Source: Nitrospirae bacterium MYbin3
GTDB taxonomy: Bacteria > Nitrospirota > Thermodesulfovibrionia > Thermodesulfovibrionales > Dissulfurispiraceae
Length of the DNA stretch: 54,596 nt
Assembly (NCBI GenBank): GCA_002753335.1
Contig: PEAD01000021.1
Span: forward strand, 1-54,596
Direction: 5' to 3'
Below, in pieces: positions 20,222 through 29,059 of this stretch (its first letter is position 1; every line of letters starts with the position of its first letter). The position numbers were made by a program, and so were the translations under genes. The notes below the pieces were generated by a model. That model ran no database searches and was not told where the DNA came from. It saw only the letters and a list, made by a program, of their open reading frames with translations.

Positions 20222-21511
20222 CTAGATAAGATTCCTCATTTTATCAACATATTCGTTGACTTCAGAGGCTATGGAGTCGAGCATCCCTGAATTTAATCCC
20301 TTAAGCAGGGGCGATGCTTTTTTGACAATATCCTCCCCATCATCTTTAAAGCGGCTGAATCCGAGTTTCCGTACATACAGGTTGGCGATATGCACAACCG
20401 CAAGCTCCACACCAGGAGTGGCTATTTCGGAAATGTCTTCGTGATTGAGGGCTATAAACTGGTATATTGGGGGGAACCCCCATTTTACGAACAGCATCTC
20501 GCCGATCTTACAATGCAGCGAATCTACAATATTCAGTGTTTCCTCAAGATTAAGCCCCTTCATATCTTTTGTAATTACCGATACGGCCTGAAGTGTAAGC
20601 AGTTTGCCTATATCATGAAGAAGTCCATAGGCAAAATAGCTGTTAAAATCATCAAGGCCCAGCTTTGCAGCGATGGCCTTTGCAGCAGCCCCGCAGGCTA
20701 TGGAATGGGAAAATAGCCCGTCAATGCTGCTCTCATAACGGGCGTCCTTCATAGCAAAAAGGCTGCGATTAGAAACCATGTGTATAAGCTCGCGGGTTTC
20801 TTGAAGTCCGAGCCTGCTTATAGCCTCCTGAACTATATCGCACTTCGAGAAGCCGCTGTAGAAAATCGAATTCGCCACCGCTATGATTTTTGACGACATG
20901 CCTGCATCCATCTCAACAACCTGAGCCAGTTCTTCTATATTCGTATCTTCTTTGCCCAGAAGCTCCTCTATCTTGAAGACCACCTGAGGCATGGCTGGCA
21001 GCGCTATCTCGCCGCTCCTGATTATGTCCATCACACGGGACGACAGGGTTTCAGAATCGAGTACACCCTCTTTTGCATGGGGCGCGGCAGCGTCGAGCGG
21101 AGATTTTATACCTGACTTTTGGGTCAAAAGCTTCTCAATCTTCTGGAAAAGGCTGTTCTTGTCAAACGGCTTAATAACATAGTCGGTAACACCGGTCTTT
21201 ACGGCATATACAACGCTCTCGCTGTCTTTTCTTACCGTAAGCATTAAAAACGGAAGGTGTTTTCCTTTCTCTGTGGAGCGGATGCGGCTCAGAAGCTTCT
21301 CGCCAGAAATGCGGGGCATGTTCCAGTCTGAAAGTATAATGTCGTAGGCAAAATCTTTCCTTTCGAGCATCTCCCAGGCATCCATGCCGTCGGCAGCAGT
21401 ATCAACAACAAAATTCGGATAACGCGCCTTTACCACAAGTGAAAGCGCGGTGCGAATATTTTCCTCGTCCTCCACTATCAGAACCCTTGAAGCTTTAGTG
21501 TTTATATCCAT
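20222..21511 (-). CDS. Response regulator with HDOD output domain
   Basis: REC (VEDE, SDWNMP, KPF) followed by HDOD (LPAMPQV, D.GMSSKII.VANS, LLHDIGKL, H..IG). Confidence 0.92.
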   Translation of the reverse strand: MDINTKASRVLIVEDEENIRTALSLVVKARYPNFVVDTAADGMDAWEMLERKDFAYDIILSDWNMPRISGEKLLSRIRSTEKGKHLPFLMLTVRKDSESVVYAVKTGVTDYVIKPFDKNSLFQKIEKLLTQKSGIKSPLDAAAPHAKEGVLDSETLSSRVMDIIRSGEIALPAMPQVVFKIEELLGKEDTNIEELAQVVEMDAGMSSKIIAVANSIFYSGFSKCDIVQEAISRLGLQETRELIHMVSNRSLFAMKDARYESSIDGLFSHSIACGAAAKAIAAKLGLDDFNSYFAYGLLHDIGKLLTLQAVSVITKDMKGLNLEETLNIVDSLHCKIGEMLFVKWGFPPIYQFIALNHEDISEIATPGVELAVVHIANLYVRKLGFSRFKDDGEDIVKKASPLLKGLNSGMLDSIASEVNEYVDKMRNLI

Positions 21512-21540
21512 AGTTTTACCTCACAGAAAATAATAAGAAG

Positions 21541-21588
21541 AGATTACCTCATATCAAAAAGCATGTCAAATTCTGCCTGTGATATATT
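21541..21588. promoter_or_regulatory. Divergent promoters for the REC-HDOD operon (minus) and uvrC (plus)
   Basis: Minus: TTGACA (21569-64), 17 nt, TAATCT (21546-41). Plus: extended -10 TGaTATATT (21580-88), 5 nt before the uvrC ATG. Confidence 0.55.
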
Positions 21589-21593
21589 AAAGC

Positions 21594-23438
21594 ATGAATC
21601 CTGATATTGCGGAACTGCCGAAGCGTCCCGGAGTTTACATCTTCAAGGGCAGCAAAGAAAATGTAATTTATGTGGGCAAGGCAAAAAACCTGAAGAACAG
21701 GCTTGCAAGCTATTTCCAGAAATCTTCAGGGCTCGATGCACGCAAGCAGAAGATGGTAAGGCTGATACGCGGCTTCTCCTACATAGTAACCGGCAACGAA
21801 CTTGAAGCATTAATTCTGGAAGCTAATCTTATTAAACAGCATAAACCCAGGTTCAATATCATACTCAGAGACGATAAAAATTATCCCTGCCTCAAGCTTA
21901 CGGTCAAAGAACAGTGGCCCAGGCTGGAGGTGGTACGCAGGGTGAAAAATGACAGCAATGTTTATTTCGGCCCCTACGTTCCTGCGCAGGCTATGTGGGA
22001 GGCCCTTGCGGTAATTCGTAAACATTTTAGGATAAGGACATGCAAATACCCTCTCGACAGGCCGATGAGGCCATGCATACAGTACCAGATGAAACGCTGT
22101 CCTGCACCCTGCGCCGGCTTGATAGATAGAGAGGAATATATGAAGACTGTGGAGGATGTGCGGCTTTTCCTGCTGGGTGAAAAAACTGCATTGATAGACA
22201 GGCTTCAAAAGCATATGCTCAAACTCTCGGATGAGATGCGATTCGAGGAGGCTGCAAAGGAAAGGGACAGGCTGCTCATGCTGCAGCGCGCCTTTGAATC
22301 GCAGAAGGTTATTTCGCCTGAACTCGGAGATATAGATGTAATAGGATATTGCTCTGGCGATGATACCCAAAATACAGGTGAAGACACTCCAACAATATCT
22401 CCTTTTGCTTTCCATATCCTTTTTATCAGGAACGGCATAATGATCGGGGCAAAAGATTTCTTTATCGAAAACCCCCTTGCTGACAGCGAAGAATCTATGC
22501 TACATGGTTTTATCGAGGCCTTTTACTCAAAAGATATGACACCACCACCAGTTATACTGACGAACAAAACACCGCATGGGATTAAAACGCTTCAGGAATG
22601 GCTCGGAGCAAAACGCAGCGGCAAGGCAAGGATTAAAGTTCCTGCACGCGGAAAAAAACATGAGCTGCTTATTATGGCAAACGAAAATGCAAAACTGCAT
22701 ATGAGCTCGCCAAAATATTTCGACAAAGGGAATGTTATGGCGGAGGTTGGATCAAAACTTAATTTGGAAGAAGCCCCTCATTCTATAGGAGCCTTTGATA
22801 TATCCACTATTCAAGGCAGCGATTCGGTCGGGGCCTATGTTTGCTGGGAAGGCGAGGATTTTAACAAAAACCGCTACCGACATATCCGTATTAAGAATGT
22901 CGAGGGAGTGGATGACTATGCGATGATGCGCGAGGCGGTTGAACGCGTTTTCGGGTCTTCACGCAATGATGCATCTATCCCGGACCTTGTCCTTATAGAC
23001 GGCGGGGCAGGCCAGCTTTCTGCAGCAAGAGAGATTCTTGAAGGGCTGGGGATAAATACAGGGTTGGCGGGCATAGCAAAAAAACCGGACAGGGCTTTTC
23101 TGCTCAGCGGGAAGGTTATAGACATTGGCGACAGGAGCGACTCTTCACTTCTTTTAAGGAAAATCAGGGATGAGGTTCACAGGTTTGCGGTCGGTTTTCA
23201 CAGAAAATCAAGGGATAAACGGACACTCGAATCGCCGCTCGAAAAAATAGAAGGAATAGGAAAGCAAAGAAGACTCTCCCTGCTGAGGCATTTCGGAAGC
23301 TTGGAGGGGATTAGAAACGCTTCTGTTGAAGAGATAGCAGCTCTTAAAGGTTTTAATAAAGAACTTGCTGAAAAGGTAAAGCAGGGGGTTTTTGATTTAA
23401 AATTAATACCTGATAGAAAAATCCCTGAAACCTTCTAA
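21594..23438 (+). CDS. uvrC: Excinuclease ABC subunit C
   Basis: GIY-YIG (PGVY..., YVGKAKNL), Cys-rich region, UVR domain FEEAA..RD, FDIS, IDGG.GQ, RDEVHRFA, HhH GIG. Confidence 0.98.
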   Translation: MNPDIAELPKRPGVYIFKGSKENVIYVGKAKNLKNRLASYFQKSSGLDARKQKMVRLIRGFSYIVTGNELEALILEANLIKQHKPRFNIILRDDKNYPCLKLTVKEQWPRLEVVRRVKNDSNVYFGPYVPAQAMWEALAVIRKHFRIRTCKYPLDRPMRPCIQYQMKRCPAPCAGLIDREEYMKTVEDVRLFLLGEKTALIDRLQKHMLKLSDEMRFEEAAKERDRLLMLQRAFESQKVISPELGDIDVIGYCSGDDTQNTGEDTPTISPFAFHILFIRNGIMIGAKDFFIENPLADSEESMLHGFIEAFYSKDMTPPPVILTNKTPHGIKTLQEWLGAKRSGKARIKVPARGKKHELLIMANENAKLHMSSPKYFDKGNVMAEVGSKLNLEEAPHSIGAFDISTIQGSDSVGAYVCWEGEDFNKNRYRHIRIKNVEGVDDYAMMREAVERVFGSSRNDASIPDLVLIDGGAGQLSAAREILEGLGINTGLAGIAKKPDRAFLLSGKVIDIGDRSDSSLLLRKIRDEVHRFAVGFHRKSRDKRTLESPLEKIEGIGKQRRLSLLRHFGSLEGIRNASVEEIAALKGFNKELAEKVKQGVFDLKLIPDRKIPETF

Positions 23439-23681
23439 CTTTTCTTCCCAGCTGACATCAATACCGGTTACATGAGAGGCAGGAGGGCCGGAGCGGCATT
23501 TTCTTATTGCTTCTTCTATCACAGTTTTTTCTCCCTCAAAGACCGCTTCAACTCTTCTGTCATGAAGATTTCGCACCCAACCGGCAAGGCCAAGGGATTC
23601 GGCGAGTTCCTCTGTAAAGCCTCGGTAATAGACGCCTTGAACTCTTCCTGATATGTAGAGATGCGCTCTTGCTTTCATCAT
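23403..23681 (-). CDS. acyP: Acylphosphatase
   Basis: SGRVQGVYYR and GWVRNL.D.RVEAV.EG motifs. Start is 23681 or 23678. Confidence 0.95.
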   Translation of the reverse strand: MMKARAHLYISGRVQGVYYRGFTEELAESLGLAGWVRNLHDRRVEAVFEGEKTVIEEAIRKCRSGPPASHVTGIDVSWEEKLEGFRDFSIRY

Positions 23682-26170
23682 GCGTCAAGCAGTTCACGCA
23701 CCTTTTTCAAGAGGACTGATGGTGCGACAGGTTTGAGTATAAAGTTTATGCCCGGTTCGAGCAGACCTTCTTTGCTGAGGATGTCTTCAGCATAGCCGCT
23801 GAAGAAAAGCGCTTTTATCCTGGAGTTTATAATCCGAATTTCCTCATAAGCCTGTCTCCCGTTCTTTTTAGGCATAATTCCATCGAGTATAACGAGTTTA
23901 ACTGTATCGCTGTGCTCAGCATATTTCGAAATAGCATCTTCACCATCAACAGCCTCTATAACTTTGTAGCCATAATTAGCAAGCACTTTGGCCGACAACA
24001 TCCTAAGGACAGAATCGTCTTCTGCGACAAGTATGGTCTCATTGCCGCCTTTTATAGAAATCAGTTCTTTTTCTGTTGGTTCTGCTTCAATACCGCCGCT
24101 GAATATTGGTATGTAGATTTTGAATACAGTTCCCTTTTCGATTTCGCTGTAAACATCTATATAACCTTCATGCTGGCTGACAATGCCATAAACCATAGAG
24201 AGGCCAAGACCGGTGCCTTTGCCCTGCTCCTTGGTGGTAAAGAAGGGCTCGAATATCTTTTCTTTTGTTTTTGCATCCATGCCTGAACCGGTATCCGAGA
24301 TCATAAGTAGCGCGTATCTGCCGATCCTGCCATACCCATGCGCCTCGATAAAATCCTGATCTATTTGCATAAGCTCTGTTTTTATCGAGATATGTCCGCC
24401 TTTAGACATGGCGTCACGCGCATTGGTAACAAGGTTCATCATGATCTGTTCAATCTGGCCCCTGTCAGCCATGATCGTAAGATCTTCATTGGCGCAATTT
24501 ATTTTGATATCTATATCTTCCCGTATCAGGCGCAGCAGAAATTTCTGCATGCCTGATACGATATCGTTCAGGTTGTTGGGTTTAGGATTGATGACCTGCT
24601 TTCTGCTGAAGGCAAGAAGGCTCTGGTTAAGTGTGGTTGCTCTGTCAGATGCCTGAAGTATCTGCTCGATATTTGCCTTGAGAGGACTGTCTGTGTCCAA
24701 TTTCATCAGCGTTAGGTGCGAATATCCGACTATGGCCGTAATTATATTGTTGAAGTCATGGGCTACCCCGCCCGCAAGCTGGCCTATTGCGTCGAGCTTT
24801 TGTGACTGCCGGAGTTGTTCTTCGAGCCGCTTGAGTTCAGTTATATCCTGAAGTGTTTCGATAGCGGCTATAAGTTCTCCCTTATTGTTAAAGATGGGCG
24901 CTGCCTCGAAGATAATGTATCTGTCTTTGCCTCCGAGATTCTTGTACCATCCCTCTGCCGTAATTCCCTCCGGGTTAAGAGATGACTTCGCGTAGTTCTT
25001 GTAGAGTTTCTGGAGGATTTCATCAGCATCGTGGTTTATAATTACGTCCGCAACCGTAGGCCTTTTATGGTCGTAAAAAGGTTTCCATTGATCATCGGTG
25101 CCTATCATGTCGAATTCTTTGCATCCGGTCAGCTTTTCGCAGGACTTGTTCCAGAGCATGATCCTGTGTGTTCTGTCCAGAACAAAGGTTGCTGTTGCGG
25201 AGTTCTGGATAAGGTTCTTCGAAAAATTTTCCTGCTCTAATAATGCCACTTCGGCTTTTTCCCTTTCATTAATATTTTCTTGCATATTCCGGTTGAGCAC
25301 AACAAGCGAACGATATCTCCAGACCGCCATGAAAGCAACAATAAGAAATACGACAGCGGAAATGACAATTAAAACTTTTTTGTCTGTCCAATATGGTTTG
25401 GGCTTGCCGTACCATTTGCTGTAAAGGGCTTTGTATTCGGCAGTGTGGGAAAACTCCTCTATGAGCTTATTAAGCTTATTAAGCAGCTCCGGAGCGTCTT
25501 TTCGGACAGCGATTGCGCGTTTAACTTCCGACAATGGATCACCGATAATTGTGATCTTCTCCTCCAGTCCTGCATCAAGTGCTATCTGCATAAGCGTAGT
25601 GGCGGAAGTGCAGAAGGCATCAATATTCCCTGACAATAAATCCATCAGCCCATTGGCATTGCTTTCGTAGGTGGATATTATAAGGTTGGTATTTTTGTTT
25701 TTTAATATTTCAGAGGACGAGGAACCTTTTGTTACTCCTATAACTTTAACGTCTTTCAGGTCTTTAATCAGACTGTTATTTGCTCTTGCGAATATCGAGA
25801 CAGGGAAGGTTCCAATAGGAATCGTGAAATCGAAAATTCCTTTTCTGTTTTCGGTGATTCCCTGTCCTGGAGCCACATCGGCCTTGCCGTCTTTTAATAA
25901 AGGAGCGATGGCATCCCAGTTTTTTTCGAACTGGTAAGTTACCGAAAAGCCTCCGCGCTTTGCTATTTGATTCATTACATCAACAGCAAATCCGGACGCC
26001 TCACCGGTTGCACGGTCTTTAAAATATGTTGGCGGGGAGTCTGACTGTACTATTGCCCTGATGGTTTCTGTATGGTCTGATTTAGGTTCTGGCGGGATTT
26101 CCGCAAAGGCTGCAGATGTGGGAAATAATAGTGCGATTAAATACAGATTGATAAGGAAACACTTTCTCAT
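23678..26170 (-). CDS. Hybrid sensor kinase: periplasmic binding protein (SBP_bac_3-like), PAS, HisKA/HATPase, REC
   Basis: Signal peptide, PBP-like domain (PP..F...GF.VD...SKW.G), TM segment, [29 protein letters not shown] (AEDD, LDGIMP, KP). Confidence 0.93.
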   Translation of the reverse strand: MRKCFLINLYLIALLFPTSAAFAEIPPEPKSDHTETIRAIVQSDSPPTYFKDRATGEASGFAVDVMNQIAKRGGFSVTYQFEKNWDAIAPLLKDGKADVAPGQGITENRKGIFDFTIPIGTFPVSIFARANNSLIKDLKDVKVIGVTKGSSSSEILKNKNTNLIISTYESNANGLMDLLSGNIDAFCTSATTLMQIALDAGLEEKITIIGDPLSEVKRAIAVRKDAPELLNKLNKLIEEFSHTAEYKALYSKWYGKPKPYWTDKKVLIVISAVVFLIVAFMAVWRYRSLVVLNRNMQENINEREKAEVALLEQENFSKNLIQNSATATFVLDRTHRIMLWNKSCEKLTGCKEFDMIGTDDQWKPFYDHKRPTVADVIINHDADEILQKLYKNYAKSSLNPEGITAEGWYKNLGGKDRYIIFEAAPIFNNKGELIAAIETLQDITELKRLEEQLRQSQKLDAIGQLAGGVAHDFNNIITAIVGYSHLTLMKLDTDSPLKANIEQILQASDRATTLNQSLLAFSRKQVINPKPNNLNDIVSGMQKFLLRLIREDIDIKINCANEDLTIMADRGQIEQIMMNLVTNARDAMSKGGHISIKTELMQIDQDFIEAHGYGRIGRYALLMISDTGSGMDAKTKEKIFEPFFTTKEQGKGTGLGLSMVYGIVSQHEGYIDVYSEIEKGTVFKIYIPIFSGGIEAEPTEKELISIKGGNETILVAEDDSVLRMLSAKVLANYGYKVIEAVDGEDAISKYAEHSDTVKLVILDGIMPKKNGRQAYEEIRIINSRIKALFFSGYAEDILSKEGLLEPGINFILKPVAPSVLLKKVRELLDA

Positions 26171-26291
26171 TACCTGCCTCCCCCCCAGAATGACCGGTTA
26201 AAAGAATATGATAAAGCTTATTCCTAAATATAAGCAAACAAAGTTTATCGCAACATTTTTTTGCACTCAGTTGAGCTTAAGTTGAGAAATC

Positions 26292-27320
26292 ATGCATGAT
26301 AAGTTTGTTTTTTTACCTATGAAAGATGAAACGAACATTGAAACACAGCCGCAAGCGATAAAAATTCGCAATCTGTTAATTAATCCACCCCTGCTTCTTG
26401 CTCCGATGGCAGGGCTTACCCACAGCGCCCTCCGAAGGATTATCATTGAGTTCGGCGGGGTTGGACTGCTGTCAACCGAAATGCTGTCCGCAAAAAGACT
26501 GCCGACAGAAAATCCACAAATCTCCCCTTATCTGTTCAGGACCGAAAGAGAAAGCCCACTTTCCTACCAGCTTTTAACTTCCACCGAAAAAGAGATAGGC
26601 CGGGCCATTGATGCTCTTCATGCATTGAAGGCTGATGCTGTTGATTTGAACATGGGCTGCCCATCACCGTCGGTCATCAAATTGGGCGCGGGCGTAATGC
26701 TGGCGGAGCGGCCTGATGAGGTTCGCCGCATTGTGGCAGAGGCAAGGAAGCGTACCACTCTGCCTCTGAGCGCGAAAATTCGGCTCGGCAGCGAAGCTGA
26801 CAGCACAAAATTAAGGACGTTCTGCTTCATGCTCGAAGGTGAGGGTATTGATCTGCTTACGGTGCATGCCCGGTTCAAGCATGAACCCTTTGCAAGAAAT
26901 CCGCGATGGGCATATATAGCCGAAATAAAGGAATGCATTAAAATACCTGTCATCGCCAATGGCGGAGTTTTTTCGGTAGAGGATGCCGAAAAATGCCTGA
27001 GAGTATCCGGCGCCGACGGATTGATGCTGGGACGGGGGGCGGTGATAAGGCCTTGGCTATTTGCCGAAATTGCGAGAACTGTATTCGGCAGCGATATTCC
27101 CGATCGAGTAGTGTCTCTGCCGGATGTTTACGCCGCTTTTTTCGAAGCGCTGAACGCAGATTATCGCCCTGTGTACCGTTTGGGCAGACTGAAGGAATTT
27201 ACCCACTACTTTGCCAAGAACTATAAATTCGGACACTCTTTAGCGTCTGCTATCCAGTCAAGCAGTAGCATGGATGAAGCAAGGGCAAGGGCAGGGGCGT
27301 TCTTTGCGAACAATGGATAG
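26292..27320 (+). CDS. tRNA-dihydrouridine synthase family protein
   Basis: LAPMAG, DLNMGCP, SAKIRLG, TVHAR, IANGGV, M.GRG. The true start may be ATG 26319. Confidence 0.93.
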   Translation: MHDKFVFLPMKDETNIETQPQAIKIRNLLINPPLLLAPMAGLTHSALRRIIIEFGGVGLLSTEMLSAKRLPTENPQISPYLFRTERESPLSYQLLTSTEKEIGRAIDALHALKADAVDLNMGCPSPSVIKLGAGVMLAERPDEVRRIVAEARKRTTLPLSAKIRLGSEADSTKLRTFCFMLEGEGIDLLTVHARFKHEPFARNPRWAYIAEIKECIKIPVIANGGVFSVEDAEKCLRVSGADGLMLGRGAVIRPWLFAEIARTVFGSDIPDRVVSLPDVYAAFFEALNADYRPVYRLGRLKEFTHYFAKNYKFGHSLASAIQSSSSMDEARARAGAFFANNG

Positions 27321-27361
27321 CGTCTTTTCTTAGAAAGTGCGACCTCTAATTTTGGAAGCTA

Positions 27362-28420
27362 CTAACGAAATCCGATAAACCTGACTTCAGGTTCAAGTCT
27401 TATTGTAAAGCGTGCCCAAACTTCTTTTTGAATAAGTTCTGCAAACGCAGCTAATTCTGATGCTGTAGCGCCGCCCCGGTTTATGATGCAGAGCGAATGC
27501 TTTGGAGATATGCCTGCCTTGCCGTAAATATAGCCTTTGCCAAATCCTGCAGTCTGAATAATGCATGCAGCAGAAATCTTCATCGAGCCATCGCTTTGAG
27601 GCCATGCCCAATTTTCGCAGCCGCCATTTTTCTCAATATCCTCTTTTATCTTCATAAACAAACTGTTTTCAACTAGCGGGTTTTTAAAGAAAGATCCTGC
27701 GCTCATAAATGAATCGCTGTCATTTGATATAACCAGTCCCTTGGCTTTTCTGATTGAGAGAACAGCATCTCTGACTGCGTGCAAAGAGGGATTCTGCGTA
27801 TTTTTTAGAAAATTAATAATATCGCGGTGTTCAGCGTAAGGCTTTCGATTAACAGCAAGGGAAAAACTGACGCGCGTAATCACATAGTGTCCAGATGCTT
27901 CTGTGTTGAAAATGCTTTTGCGATAACCGAATCCGCAATGCTCTTTATTGAATTCTGCTGAGGCGCTGTTGGTTGAATCTATAGCGCGAACGCCGGTAAT
28001 TACCTCTTCCGCGCTTTGGCCGTAAGCCCCGATATTCTGCACCGGAGCCGCGCCCACTGTACCCGGAATGCCCGAAAGACATTCAATTCCCTGCCAGTTC
28101 TTTTCTGTGCAAAAATTTACCAGATAATCCCAGTCAACGCCTGCGCCTGCCGAAACAAGCGCTGAGTCGTTTGTGGCCGAAAATTCTATACCCTGAATCC
28201 TGTTCATTATTGCGAGCCCGTTGAATCCGGCATCGCTTATCAAAACATTGCTTCCGCTGCCGAGTGCAAGGGTTGGCAGGTTAGCAGATTTGGCGAAAGA
28301 TATCGCTTTAAGCAGATTGTCTTCGTTTTCAACCTGCGCCAGATAACGCGCAGGGCCGCCAACCTTAAAGGTGGTTAAATCTGCAAGAGGAACGTTTTCG
28401 TTAATCTCTAGAGGCTTCAC
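27362..28420 (-). CDS. murB: UDP-N-acetylenolpyruvoylglucosamine reductase
   Basis: TTFKVGG.A, GSGSN.L, GIPGTVGAAP.QNIGAYG, YRKS.F, SAGSFFKNP, LEPEV. Confidence 0.97.
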   Translation of the reverse strand: MKPLEINENVPLADLTTFKVGGPARYLAQVENEDNLLKAISFAKSANLPTLALGSGSNVLISDAGFNGLAIMNRIQGIEFSATNDSALVSAGAGVDWDYLVNFCTEKNWQGIECLSGIPGTVGAAPVQNIGAYGQSAEEVITGVRAIDSTNSASAEFNKEHCGFGYRKSIFNTEASGHYVITRVSFSLAVNRKPYAEHRDIINFLKNTQNPSLHAVRDAVLSIRKAKGLVISNDSDSFMSAGSFFKNPLVENSLFMKIKEDIEKNGGCENWAWPQSDGSMKISAACIIQTAGFGKGYIYGKAGISPKHSLCIINRGGATASELAAFAELIQKEVWARFTIRLEPEVRFIGFR

Positions 28421-29058
28421 TTGGCGGCGTCATTGTCTTGCCCATAAATCTTGTCATAAAACTTCGGGTAGAGTTTTTTTGTGCATTCAGGGCATATGGA
28501 GTGGGTGAACTCTGCTTCTGTATGGTCGCTGATATAGCCTTCAAGCTGCTCCCAAAAGCCCTTGTCGTCGCGTATCTTTTTGCAGGAGGAGCATATCGGT
28601 ATCATTCCCCTTAAGGTCTTAACCTTGTCCAGAGCCTCCTGAAGCTGCTTTATAAGTATCTCTCGCTCTTTTTGCAGCAGAAGAGTGCGGGCGCATTTCG
28701 AAACAGAGTTCAGCAATACATTTGTGTCTATCGGCTTAAGAACGTATTGGCCGACACCTATATTGATAGCGTCAATCAGGTATTCGGTGTCGCTGTGGGC
28801 GGTGGTTATGATGATACGGGCATCACTGTTTATTTCCATAATCTTTCTGGCCATTTCGATGCCGTTCATTTCGGGCATGCGAATATCTGTTACTACTATG
28901 TCCGGACGGAGCTGCTCATAAAGACTTAATCCCTCGCTTCCGTTAGAGGCGGTGTGCAGTTCCGAAAAGCGTCTTTTGAGTATATCCGCAATTATTCTTT
29001 GGGTTTCGGAATCGTCCTCCACATACAGGATCTTCAGATCTAATTTTGTATTTTCCAT
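28417..29058 (-). CDS. Response regulator with C-terminal Cys4 (CxxC...CxxC) domain
   Basis: REC (VEDD, TDIRMP, KP), coiled coil, then PICSSCKKIRDDKGFW...FTHSICPEC. Confidence 0.9.
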   Translation of the reverse strand: MENTKLDLKILYVEDDSETQRIIADILKRRFSELHTASNGSEGLSLYEQLRPDIVVTDIRMPEMNGIEMARKIMEINSDARIIITTAHSDTEYLIDAINIGVGQYVLKPIDTNVLLNSVSKCARTLLLQKEREILIKQLQEALDKVKTLRGMIPICSSCKKIRDDKGFWEQLEGYISDHTEAEFTHSICPECTKKLYPKFYDKIYGQDNDAAK

Positions 29059-29059
29059 T

